A stretch of DNA of 64,000 bases from a virus: the IMG/VR virus record IMGVR_UViG_3300037247_000924; one strand, written 5' to 3'. The notes under the pieces are model-generated. The model was not told the DNA's origin and did not search any database. It saw only the letters and a program-made list of their open reading frames with translations. Below, in pieces: positions 9,399 to 18,469 of this stretch. Made by a program: the position numbers and the translations under genes. Position 1 is the first letter of the stretch. Each line of letters opens with the position of its first letter.

Positions 9399-11198
9399 TT
9401 ATGATAACATGGTCCAGTTAAACACTATGGTTCCGTCTGCTGTAATAGTATCAGCAGCAGCCCATGTATCTGCTAGATTTAAGTATACCGTTTTAGTATC
9501 TCCAGTAGCATTTAAAGCAATACCGGTATGAATACCTGCATTAGGGAGAACCGGCCCTAAGACTAAAGCAGTTCCACTACAATCCGCTACTGTAGATCCA
9601 TCAGTATAGTCTTCTGATGTGGCACCTTCTGCTCCTAGAGTAGCATTAGCTCCAGTTGCTTCAACAGAACCTAATCCTAATTCTGGCTGATCTGCTGAGT
9701 TACCTCCTGGGCATGTAATTGCTACAGAGTGATAAGTAGCGCTAAAAATATGTGCTCCAGCAGGAAATGTGTAAACAAGTGCTCCAGATGCTTCTGCACC
9801 GGCTCCTGTTATAGCAGGTATTACAAATGAGGCTAGAGTAAGTTCGGTAGTATAATTTCTACCATCACTATGTTCTACTGCGGTTACCGTTGCTGCTCCT
9901 ACTGTTCCTGAATTTAATGAACTTTCATAGGCGCCATCAGTGCTTATTGCAGTTACACTATTAGCAGAGATATTTAAAGCAGCTCCAATGGTAAGGGAAC
10001 TACCATCAATGTCTACTATTGCAGTGGCAGTTTGAACTCCTGAACCATCGATCTTTAAAATATTCGCAGATTCCGTCATTCCTGCTCCACCTCCCGTAAA
10101 TACAACAAGGTCTCCTGTTGTTTGGTTGGTTGCTGTTACTGCAAGAACTCCTGTAGTTCCCACATAAGCGCCGGTACTAACAATATTTACTGCCGCACCT
10201 AGTGTTGAGGCTCCTGCTTGAATATTAAGTACTCCACCGGTAGCGGTAGCATTTGCTCCACCACCTGTTAATTCTGCTACGAATCCGTCTGTTAATCCTG
10301 TTCCGGAAGCTCTAAATAACCCTGTAGAGGTTGTTGCTGCATTAGCAACTAAACTTAGAAGTTCGCCAGTAGTAGTCATTACTCCAGCTGTAGTAAGTAG
10401 CGCTCCCGTTCCTGTGGTAAGGGCTGCCATATCTACACTAAGACCTATTGAGGAAGTAGTGGCTCCTGCCATTACAACCGAAATACCTGTTGCAGCTCCA
10501 GTAGTAACGTCTGGAATAGTGATACTTAAACCTGTTGGGGTAGAAGTAGCATCACCTGCACTAATAAGTTCTAATATTTCTCCGTCATGTGTTATTGTAT
10601 TGGCATTAATCCTCGCCATTGCCCCTGTAGTTATAGACGTGGAGGCAATATCTACTAAGGCGTCTGCGGTAGTAATTGTATTATTAGTAACAGATAGAGA
10701 GGAAGCATTATCTGCGTCCGTTACCGTTATTGATCCGTCTGCTACAATAAAGTCCGTAGCTCCCTGAAGGTCGAATGTCTCTACACCGGCAGCCGAAGAA
10801 GAAACTTGAAATACTTGTCTTATTGTTCCCTGGTCCATAATAGAGAACTGGAACTCAGAGTTTTCTGATCCTGCTGTTACATCAGTAGCAACAACGTCCA
10901 TTCTGGCATATTCCGTAGAAGCTCCAGAATCATTATTAAAGTACCAAGTCATTCTAGCAGTGTCCCCATCTGCTCTTGTAGCAAGATTAGAGGTCAGTCT
11001 TATCATCTCCGTAGGAGAAGCGTTAGAGCTCTTGATTGGAAGAGCTGCTCCTGTAGCAGGGCCAATAATACCGTTTCCGAGAGTAAGATTCTCTATCTGA
11101 AGATCATTAAGATCACCTAGGCGTACAAAGTTGTTACGGTCTACGCCCGGCTTATTGACCTCGGTACCTCTTTTGGTTGTCGCTTTTACAGTTGGCAT
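9399..11198 (-). CDS. Fibre/beta-helix-like virion protein
   Basis: 599 aa, very T/A/G-rich, with about 26-aa quasi-repeats (ATTSTGLF, ATATGGVL, LTTGTGAL). Confidence 0.55.
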   Translation of the reverse strand: MPTVKATTKRGTEVNKPGVDRNNFVRLGDLNDLQIENLTLGNGIIGPATGAALPIKSSNASPTEMIRLTSNLATRADGDTARMTWYFNNDSGASTEYARMDVVATDVTAGSENSEFQFSIMDQGTIRQVFQVSSSAAGVETFDLQGATDFIVADGSITVTDADNASSLSVTNNTITTADALVDIASTSITTGAMARINANTITHDGEILELISAGDATSTPTGLSITIPDVTTGAATGISVVMAGATTSSIGLSVDMAALTTGTGALLTTAGVMTTTGELLSLVANAATTSTGLFRASGTGLTDGFVAELTGGGANATATGGVLNIQAGASTLGAAVNIVSTGAYVGTTGVLAVTATNQTTGDLVVFTGGGAGMTESANILKIDGSGVQTATAIVDIDGSSLTIGAALNISANSVTAISTDGAYESSLNSGTVGAATVTAVEHSDGRNYTTELTLASFVIPAITGAGAEASGALVYTFPAGAHIFSATYHSVAITCPGGNSADQPELGLGSVEATGANATLGAEGATSEDYTDGSTVADCSGTALVLGPVLPNAGIHTGIALNATGDTKTVYLNLADTWAAADTITADGTIVFNWTMLS

Positions 11199-11202
11199 AA
11201 TT

Positions 11203-11907
11203 TTATTCTACTTCCGCAAGTTCTACCTTGCTGGTTGGATATCTATTTGACTCAATGGTCTGCAATATATTTGTTACCGTCATTGCAACTATTTCACGGT
11301 GAGTATGGGGCGCTAATTCACAATCTACGTCTGTAGTCTGAACCTGATATTTAGTTCCTAACCGAATAACTTGTGGTTCTTTTAAATACCTTAGAGAGTA
11401 ACTGGTTATCGCATAAGTCCCATCAGTAATAAGTTCGTAAACATCTCCCTCGTAATCCAGTCGGATCGCCTCACCATCATAAGGCTTATTAAAAGGATCG
11501 TCTATAATTTTATTATACCTATCATGAGTGACAGGAGTAATAGGTATCCCTTTAGAAGCAGTATTACCATTACAGTCCGTAAATGAAATTACAGCCTCTT
11601 CCTGCATGGAGTGTCGGTAGTCTGTTGGTAAGTCCACAAAAACCCCGTTAGTCTTGTTGTTTGTAGTATTAGTAAAGGCAGCGGATGTGTAGTTCTTGGT
11701 AATTTCACGCAAATCATCACGTCTCTTTTGATTCTCCTCTAAACCAGTCTCCTTAACATTATTACCATAAGCGCGTTGCTCGATGAACTCACCCTGCTCA
11801 TTATTCAGAAACACATCAATCTCCTCGGGATCAAGGTTAGCTGTAGAAAAGCTATCAACTTTATCAACTCCTATCTTTACTTCCGTATGCATTTGTGCAA
11901 CAGTCAT
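11203..11907 (-). CDS. crAss-like tail ring/head-tail connector protein
   Basis: LDPEEIDVFLNNEQ...GLEENQKRRDDL and C-terminal CELAPHTHREIV resemble crAss-like ring proteins (recalled, not searched). Confidence 0.6.
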   Translation of the reverse strand: MTVAQMHTEVKIGVDKVDSFSTANLDPEEIDVFLNNEQGEFIEQRAYGNNVKETGLEENQKRRDDLREITKNYTSAAFTNTTNNKTNGVFVDLPTDYRHSMQEEAVISFTDCNGNTASKGIPITPVTHDRYNKIIDDPFNKPYDGEAIRLDYEGDVYELITDGTYAITSYSLRYLKEPQVIRLGTKYQVQTTDVDCELAPHTHREIVAMTVTNILQTIESNRYPTSKVELAEVE

Positions 11908-12866
11908 TATCTATTCGCTTCTACTTGTGACTTTAAAGTGATATAAACGTCTTGATTATTAATGTCCTTCAAATAATCAATAGTCGTTTCAAGTGTCGTT
12001 CCTAGCAAGTCACCTCCTTGTAGGAGATACTTTGTTCTCTCCTGTCGGATAACCCTTGCCTCTATACAGTCGTCTATAAACAATAGGATTTTATAATCCT
12101 CGTTATCGATAACCTCTAAAAACTTTTCTGGCTGCTCATCAACGATAGTTCCTACAGCAGCCTCGATATAGCTGATTGAGCTGTTTTCTGATATTTTAGT
12201 TTGGCTATTGTTTAATCTATTATAGACTCGCAAGTATCCTCGCATAGTAGCTTGGTGCATAGCTCTGAACTTAGCAAACGCCTGGCCTTTAGCCGAAATA
12301 GTTCTGTTGACTTCACTAGCTTCTTCCTCTTCAGAGCTTATAACATAGTGCGCAAACGCATTCGTTCTCAGTTCTTCCCGTGAACCGGCAACTCGTTGAT
12401 GCGCTAACAATACGTGATATTCAAGCTCCTGTCGTGGGTCGCTTAGGTATAGTGTCTTTCCGCCCTTAGGAATCTCAACTCTAAATGTTGACCAGAAATC
12501 CAGGTTATACTTAGATAGTGTCCCCTGGGGCATTACAGCGCTTCTTCCAGGCAAGTTCAATAGGGCCTCCAAACGAGCCTCTAGCTTAGGAGTAAGTCCA
12601 GTAATCAATTCCCGTGTACCTCTCCTGTTTTGTGGTGTTAGATACTCAGCAGTATTGGTATAACGGTCATGTCCGTCATGTCCAACTTCTAACCAATCAC
12701 TTGTATTGACCTGTCGAATAGTAACTTTATCAGGCAAGTCGTTCCATGGCTCTTCTACCACAGTAGCTGCAGGAGCATCCAAAACTTTAGTTTCAGTACT
12801 AGACTCAGTGCTAAGCTCCTTCATTGGAGCTGGATTTTTCGGTGGATTCTTCTTTCCCTTTGGCAT
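11907..12866 (-). CDS. Conserved crAss-like virion-module protein
   Basis: Directly downstream of MCP; LYLSDPRQELEYHVLLAH motif as in crAss-like head-module genes. Confidence 0.5.
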   Translation of the reverse strand: MPKGKKNPPKNPAPMKELSTESSTETKVLDAPAATVVEEPWNDLPDKVTIRQVNTSDWLEVGHDGHDRYTNTAEYLTPQNRRGTRELITGLTPKLEARLEALLNLPGRSAVMPQGTLSKYNLDFWSTFRVEIPKGGKTLYLSDPRQELEYHVLLAHQRVAGSREELRTNAFAHYVISSEEEEASEVNRTISAKGQAFAKFRAMHQATMRGYLRVYNRLNNSQTKISENSSISYIEAAVGTIVDEQPEKFLEVIDNEDYKILLFIDDCIEARVIRQERTKYLLQGGDLLGTTLETTIDYLKDINNQDVYITLKSQVEANR

Positions 12867-12904
12867 TATCTATCGTTTTTCTGTTAAGTAGCTGATTTTA
12901 AGCT

Positions 12905-14359
12905 CTATATGGTACTTGAATAAATTAATTCCGCACATGAAAGTGGGTTTGCAACTAGCAAGCCTTGCTTAGCTAAAGCGTGAATCTCGTACCCATCTAC
13001 TGAACTAGCAGAAGCAGTCTTGAAGGACGTGTGATGTCCCATTGGGCTACAAGAACCTGGGATATGCCACATCTTCTCCTTTTCACCTTTAGGATACAGT
13101 CGTCTAATGTTTTTCTTACCGTCTGTAGTACCAAAGTTAAGGATCGTGTAACGGTAGTTCTCAGTGAATCCGCCATCAGGATGAGGAATTCTGTTAGTAA
13201 CTTGGTTGTCGTACTCAGGCATGTGAAGCAAAGTGAACTTAACTCCTTGTGGTCCCCAGTACTCTCTGAATTGACCCTCGAAGCGTAGGTTTTGTCCTGA
13301 TCCACCAACTCTATGAGCGTCAATAGGCTGGAACCTTGCAACTTGGTTTTCAAGAGCTCTGTGGAGCTGTACGAATCCTCTCTCTCCTGTCAACGCAACA
13401 AAGTGTCGCTGATCTTCAGGCAAGATATGGATAGAAAGATTAAGCAGTACATCTTCCAAGTAATCAATCGTAAAGGTTGAGTAATTGAATCTGTGTGATG
13501 GAGCAATTTGCTCATGCAGTCCTGCACCTTCCTTGATAATTCGGCCTGAATCATCCTTCATAAGGTATTGACCACCTGATGTTTTGTTTGAGGTGCTATA
13601 AAGAAGTGCGCGAGACTTTTCTCTCTGCCACTGTGCCATAAACACCCAGTCCATATACTGCATCCAAATCTTCGTGCTCTTATTAGTGCGAGGGTCAAGC
13701 ATCTCAACCACCATTGGTGCGCGGTTAAGCATGTTGGCAGGAATTTCATTCTCCTTTCGGATAGTATTGAAAGTATTCCTGAACTTGAACGGTGAAGTGA
13801 AGCTCGTTTGTCCGCCACCTTTTGACAGGGTGTTGGAAACCGGTGAGTACTCTTTTGAGAACTGGCTTCCTGAAGTAAGAAGCGTAGGAGCCATAAACTT
13901 GTCAGGGTTACCCGTCATTAACTCAACCTTATATACCCAGTTTGTTCCATCAGACTCAGGATCGCTTACTACACGAACAGCGAAGTCTCTGTCGTCCGGG
14001 ATTAGTTTGTCTCTTTTGGAAAACAATTGTTCTGCAAAAGTGATTTTAAAAACAGTGTTATTTACACCTGGCCGAGCTGAATCAGTAGCAGTATAAGAAA
14101 CAACAGGGATGGCTTTCTCATCATCACCTTTTAGGCTCCAAACAAAGTCTCTGTCATCCGGAGCTTCTTCCTCTGCACCCATAAAAGAGAAGAATGCATC
14201 CATTCCGATATAGTCATATATCCCGAAAGCCCTCGACATAACTGAAGATGCTAAATAGGGCTGCTCTTGAAATATTGTTCCAAGATTGTTTTCGTCAGTT
14301 AATCCTGACCAGCTTTTCGCTTGATATACTTGTAATGTGTTGACCTTTTGAGATGCCAT
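12905..14359 (-). CDS. Major capsid protein (crAss-like)
   Basis: 484 aa; FSKEYSPVS...SPF.FRN.F.TIRK, EGAGLHEQI and TGERG motifs; portal-scaffold-MCP synteny. Confidence 0.85.
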   Translation of the reverse strand: MASQKVNTLQVYQAKSWSGLTDENNLGTIFQEQPYLASSVMSRAFGIYDYIGMDAFFSFMGAEEEAPDDRDFVWSLKGDDEKAIPVVSYTATDSARPGVNNTVFKITFAEQLFSKRDKLIPDDRDFAVRVVSDPESDGTNWVYKVELMTGNPDKFMAPTLLTSGSQFSKEYSPVSNTLSKGGGQTSFTSPFKFRNTFNTIRKENEIPANMLNRAPMVVEMLDPRTNKSTKIWMQYMDWVFMAQWQREKSRALLYSTSNKTSGGQYLMKDDSGRIIKEGAGLHEQIAPSHRFNYSTFTIDYLEDVLLNLSIHILPEDQRHFVALTGERGFVQLHRALENQVARFQPIDAHRVGGSGQNLRFEGQFREYWGPQGVKFTLLHMPEYDNQVTNRIPHPDGGFTENYRYTILNFGTTDGKKNIRRLYPKGEKEKMWHIPGSCSPMGHHTSFKTASASSVDGYEIHALAKQGLLVANPLSCAELIYSSTI

Positions 14360-14377
14360 AATGAGCTTATTTGATTA

Positions 14378-15775
14378 TTAGAATATTTGGTTGGCGAGTG
14401 CTTTTTTCATCACATCCGTATCAACCGCTTTCTCTTCTTTTTCCTTTGCGGGTTTACCTAGTTTACTTTTAATTTTTTTGGTGGCTTTATTGATTGCAGC
14501 CTTATTCAGCTTTGCATAATCACCTTTTAATATCAATGCTGTGTATGCAGAGACGAGATCGTGTTCTGGGTTTTGCTCCCTGTATCTTGCGTATGCATTT
14601 TTTCCCTCTCTATCAAACTTGGTGATACCGTTAAACAGTACGTTTCGATCTCCGTCAGTTAATTTAATCCCGGGGATAATTTCAGCAGTATTTTTTAAAG
14701 TCTTTTTTAGTCCAGCAATCTGCTCGATACGATCATCGCTTCTTTGCTTCAACTCATCAGCCTTTTGAGTAACCAGTTGGTCGCGCTCAGTTTTTTCTAG
14801 CTTGATTAGTTTAGATAATCTATTCTTAGCCTTCTTGCCTAAAGCGTCCTCATCCTCGGAATTAACGCTTTCATTAATGTCGGCAGCTTTTTCGGACTCA
14901 TCCCATCCAAGCCTAGTATTGTAGTCTGAGATAATGCGCTTTTGAAGCTCTTCATTACCTTCCAGATTCTCTGTAGAAATCTTTTCGTAGTTCTGAATAG
15001 TAGATTCGTGCTGGATCAATGCATCTAGTGGAGTTCCTTCCTTATAAGAGTTAATAAGGTATTTAGCAGTCTCTGGAAGTTCATCAATCCACGCCTGCTT
15101 CCTTGCTTCAATTTCAGTTTCTACTAATTCATGAAGCCCGTCACTTGTATTACTGAAGTCTTCCGGTACTTCTCCTATAGACCCGCCAGCATGAAGTAGG
15201 TCAGCGATAGTCTTGTAAGCAGATTCTGCCTCTCCGCTCTCTTCTTCCTGTTCCTCATCTTCAATTTCTAATTCCCCAGCTTCGGTAAAAGAGGTCTTTT
15301 CAGGGTCTATGTCCTCTTCTGTTAGTTTTTTTAATGCCTCTGGCGTAGCTCCGTCTAACTGCTCCTTGGTAAATCCTTTTTCGATCAGTTCTGTTCTCTG
15401 CTCGTCGGTAGGGATGAAGTCTTCATCAGCATCTTCGATCTTTAGCTCTCCGTCTTCAAAAGAAACCTTGTCAGGTGACAGGTCTTCTTCAGTTAATTTC
15501 TTTAAGGCTTCAGGAGTAGCCTCTTTAAGTTGGTCCTCAGTAAATCCTTTATCAATAAGTTCAGTTCTCTGCTCATCAGTGGGTTCAAAATCCTCCTCAA
15601 TTGCTGTCTCTTCTAAAGGAATACCGCTAACAGTTTTTACGGGTGGTAGGGTCTCGACTTCTTTTTCCTTACTCTCAGGGTCAAGTAAACTGATATCTAA
15701 ACCAGCTGTCATGTCATCAAACAGGCCTTCTCCGATAATTGGTGCGGTTACTTCCTCTTTTATTACTTCTGGCAT
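14378..15775 (-). CDS. Acidic scaffold-like protein
   Basis: E/D-rich N-terminal half, coiled-coil C-terminal half; located between portal and MCP. Confidence 0.55.
   Translation of the reverse strand: MPEVIKEEVTAPIIGEGLFDDMTAGLDISLLDPESKEKEVETLPPVKTVSGIPLEETAIEEDFEPTDEQRTELIDKGFTEDQLKEATPEALKKLTEEDLSPDKVSFEDGELKIEDADEDFIPTDEQRTELIEKGFTKEQLDGATPEALKKLTEEDIDPEKTSFTEAGELEIEDEEQEEESGEAESAYKTIADLLHAGGSIGEVPEDFSNTSDGLHELVETEIEARKQAWIDELPETAKYLINSYKEGTPLDALIQHESTIQNYEKISTENLEGNEELQKRIISDYNTRLGWDESEKAADINESVNSEDEDALGKKAKNRLSKLIKLEKTERDQLVTQKADELKQRSDDRIEQIAGLKKTLKNTAEIIPGIKLTDGDRNVLFNGITKFDREGKNAYARYREQNPEHDLVSAYTALILKGDYAKLNKAAINKATKKIKSKLGKPAKEKEEKAVDTDVMKKALANQIF
15259..15600 (-). repeat. Intragenic tandem duplication, 2 x 171 bp (57 aa)
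   Basis: DFEPTDEQRTELIDKGFTEDQLKEATPEALKKLTEED vs DFIPTDEQRTELIEKGFTKEQLDGATPEALKKLTEED; GTAAATCCTT recurs at 15369 and 15540. Confidence 0.9.
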
Positions 15776-15806
15776 AAATAAGCTATTGCGTTAGATTATT
15801 ATGACA

Positions 15807-15814
15807 CAAAAGTA
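15807..15814 (-). promoter_or_regulatory. Bacteroidota -7 promoter element (TACTTTTG) upstream of scaffold/MCP
   Basis: Matches TAnnTTTG about 30 nt upstream of the ATG at 15775. Confidence 0.65.
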
Positions 15815-15927
15815 AAAGGAAAGTAAGTGCGAGATTCGCGGAAGGTTCTACGTTACAGTAGAATTTAAAAGAATCTACCAGAGGTAAAGCAGTAATTATT
15901 TAATGGTGGTGTTTTGGGTATGGGCGA

Positions 15928-16074
15928 CTAACTAGCCAGGTCCTTCCAAATAGTAGACTCAGAAACACAAAGTTTATCTGCCCACTTCCTTACAGTCTTA
16001 GAGGTGTCTGTAGATTTTTCGACAGCCCGCTTTACGCGTCTTCTCCGCTTCTCAATTAAAGATAGATCGCGCAT
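15928..16074 (-). CDS. Small HTH DNA-binding protein (48 aa, absent from ORF track)
   Basis: MRDLSLIEKRRRRVKRAVEKSTDTSKTVRKWADKLCVSESTIWKDLAS; ATG 2 nt after the portal stop; HTH signature ADKLCVSESTIWKDL. Confidence 0.7.
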   Translation of the reverse strand: MRDLSLIEKRRRRVKRAVEKSTDTSKTVRKWADKLCVSESTIWKDLAS

Positions 16075-16075
16075 T

Positions 16076-18469
16076 CTACTCACCGGTCTTCTTTTTAGTT
16101 TCAGCCTTCTTCTTCACGTCCTTCTCCTTAATATCTAGCTCCCGGTCTTTTAACTTAACGTCAGAATCCTGCTTCTCTCTCTGTAGTCGTAGCTTCTCCT
16201 CTTCCTGAGACTTCTTATTGGTCTCTTTTTCTTTATCTAAGGCGATCTTCTCCTTTGACTCCGCTAACTTACCTTCCTTCTCGATGATATCAGGAATCCC
16301 GTTCCTGTTCTTGTCGGCGGTCTTCAGCTTGTTATCAGCATTAATATTAGCTACCAGTATATCTTTCTCCCGGTCCTTAGCTTTATCCTTACTCTCAAGA
16401 CCGAGTTTCTTGTCCTCCTGGGCTCTAGTAGCCTCTCCTTCCGCTGCTTGAGCCTGTATCGTAGCCTGAGCTTGTTGGTTTTGTTCCTCGGCACGTTTTG
16501 CTTCAGACTGCTTAAGTTTGTTGGTAATGTCGGCAATAGATTTATTTCCGAAAAGAGTAGCAGCATCAGAGAACGCAACCTTATCGTTTTGTAGCGCTAT
16601 ATTGAAATGCTGCTTAAGTGAGCGCAGGGCCTCTTGATCCTCTGATGCATCCGTAACGAATACACCAAACTCAGAGTTAATAAACTCATTCCCGTCTAGC
16701 TCGAAATAAATCGAAGCCATGTCATCATTAACATAGCGGAACTTCTTTGATTGGTCCACATAGGCATCCTTGGCAACCTCCATCAGTGTTTCCAGAACCC
16801 TTTGCTTGGTCCAGTTATGAATCTGAAACCACTTTTCTGTTATTAAAGAAGACTGGTCTATGGTTTTCTCTACATTACCAACGGCCTCTCTTGCTGAGAT
16901 AGCTCCTTTTCTTTGTTGAGTAACACCTGAAAGTGCGTCTAGCTTTTCCTCTACATATACTAGTAAGCTGATATGTCCAGCAATAGCCTGTCCGGTCTCT
17001 AAATCCAAGACTTTGTTATGATCGGTTATATTACCCGCAAGCTTGCCTGTAGACTGCCCCTTCACTCCTTCCTCAAAAGAATTTACAAATGCAAATTTTA
17101 AAGTAGATGCATAGTACATCCATTTCTCCATGGACATTTCACTGGTAGGGATTAGAGAAATATCAATTAAGGCTATCTTTCCTAAGTTGGCTGCAATTAA
17201 GAGCTCGGTACGGTACCAAAGCGTTATATGAAGGTATATCCAGGGTACTAGCCTGTCCATAAGAGAGACGGACTTAGAGTTATTGGCATTATATATAGTA
17301 CCCACATACCCACTCCTGCAGTACGAAATGTTATCCATGCGCCGGAACTGATTTTTACGTGGGCGCATATTAATGTATATATCTTCAGCGATTAAGGTTC
17401 CCTCCCAGTATTCGTTTATCCAAAACCAATCTATGCTCTCACCTATGCTTTTATCCGCTCTAGCCTCTTCACTCACCAACTCTTCCTGCTCGTCACCATT
17501 TTCATCTATAGAAGTAAGGAATCCTACTCTCTTTCTTGACTTCCAAATAACCCTGGCCACCCGAACATTACCCTCTGAATCCAGATACCCCCATTCACCC
17601 ATTCTATGACTTATGTCATCTTCAGTGCCAATAAACTCTTTTTGCGGTAATTGGTTAAACGCTGCATTTCCAAAAGGTACCCTATCCTCTCCCAGCTCTT
17701 CTAGCTCATCGATCTCTGTTTGTGATAGGTCCTCATAAAAGTCGTCAATAATTTTACCAACAGGCATGTACTGAACGTCAACAATCAGGTCTGCATCGTC
17801 AATCAGGTCAGAATTTGGATCCAATAAAAAGTATACGTCTAAAGGATTGACTCTTCTAGCAACAGGCTCGTTTGAGATCATATCAACCCTGTAAATTTCT
17901 TCTCCTGCCAACAGAACATCTTCCCACGCCTTAGCGAACACCTGATCCATCTTTTGGTCCTGGTATAGGTATTTGAGTGTTTTTGAGGCTATAGACTCTC
18001 TCATGTCCTCGTATGAGTAGGTCATGTACTTCTCTATCTCCTCTATATCTTTGAACTGGCCCTCTCCATCGAGCATCTGTAGCACTAAATCTCTTTGCGT
18101 ATCCTCCCTGGAACTATGAATTTCATCACCGGAGCCACGCATAATAAATTCGGTACCCCTTCTAGCCTCTTCGCCAAACAGTAGATTAAAAATAGGTGAG
18201 GTTACGTCTCTGTATTGTGGTGAGGCCGGGAATGACATTCCTTCGATGCTAATGGACTGAAGCTCAGTATCCATGTCATTTTTATCGAAGTGGCCATTGT
18301 AGAGTTTGTAGTTCCTTAGCTTGTCTTTAGCATTTGATCTGCGGTTTGTTTCATTTAGCCCGAGGAGTTTAAGGCCGCCGTCTACATTTTGCTTGCGCCA
18401 TTCAGTATTCTTTGCTCCAATCGTCTTTTTTTGACGTGGCATTGACGATATGAAAGTGGATACGCTCAT
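16076..18469 (-). CDS. Portal protein (crAss-like)
   Basis: 797 aa directly downstream of TerL; NYKLYNG, RRVNPLDV, SGVTQQRKG motifs; charged coiled-coil tail. Confidence 0.85.
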   Translation of the reverse strand: MSVSTFISSMPRQKKTIGAKNTEWRKQNVDGGLKLLGLNETNRRSNAKDKLRNYKLYNGHFDKNDMDTELQSISIEGMSFPASPQYRDVTSPIFNLLFGEEARRGTEFIMRGSGDEIHSSREDTQRDLVLQMLDGEGQFKDIEEIEKYMTYSYEDMRESIASKTLKYLYQDQKMDQVFAKAWEDVLLAGEEIYRVDMISNEPVARRVNPLDVYFLLDPNSDLIDDADLIVDVQYMPVGKIIDDFYEDLSQTEIDELEELGEDRVPFGNAAFNQLPQKEFIGTEDDISHRMGEWGYLDSEGNVRVARVIWKSRKRVGFLTSIDENGDEQEELVSEEARADKSIGESIDWFWINEYWEGTLIAEDIYINMRPRKNQFRRMDNISYCRSGYVGTIYNANNSKSVSLMDRLVPWIYLHITLWYRTELLIAANLGKIALIDISLIPTSEMSMEKWMYYASTLKFAFVNSFEEGVKGQSTGKLAGNITDHNKVLDLETGQAIAGHISLLVYVEEKLDALSGVTQQRKGAISAREAVGNVEKTIDQSSLITEKWFQIHNWTKQRVLETLMEVAKDAYVDQSKKFRYVNDDMASIYFELDGNEFINSEFGVFVTDASEDQEALRSLKQHFNIALQNDKVAFSDAATLFGNKSIADITNKLKQSEAKRAEEQNQQAQATIQAQAAEGEATRAQEDKKLGLESKDKAKDREKDILVANINADNKLKTADKNRNGIPDIIEKEGKLAESKEKIALDKEKETNKKSQEEEKLRLQREKQDSDVKLKDRELDIKEKDVKKKAETKKKTGE

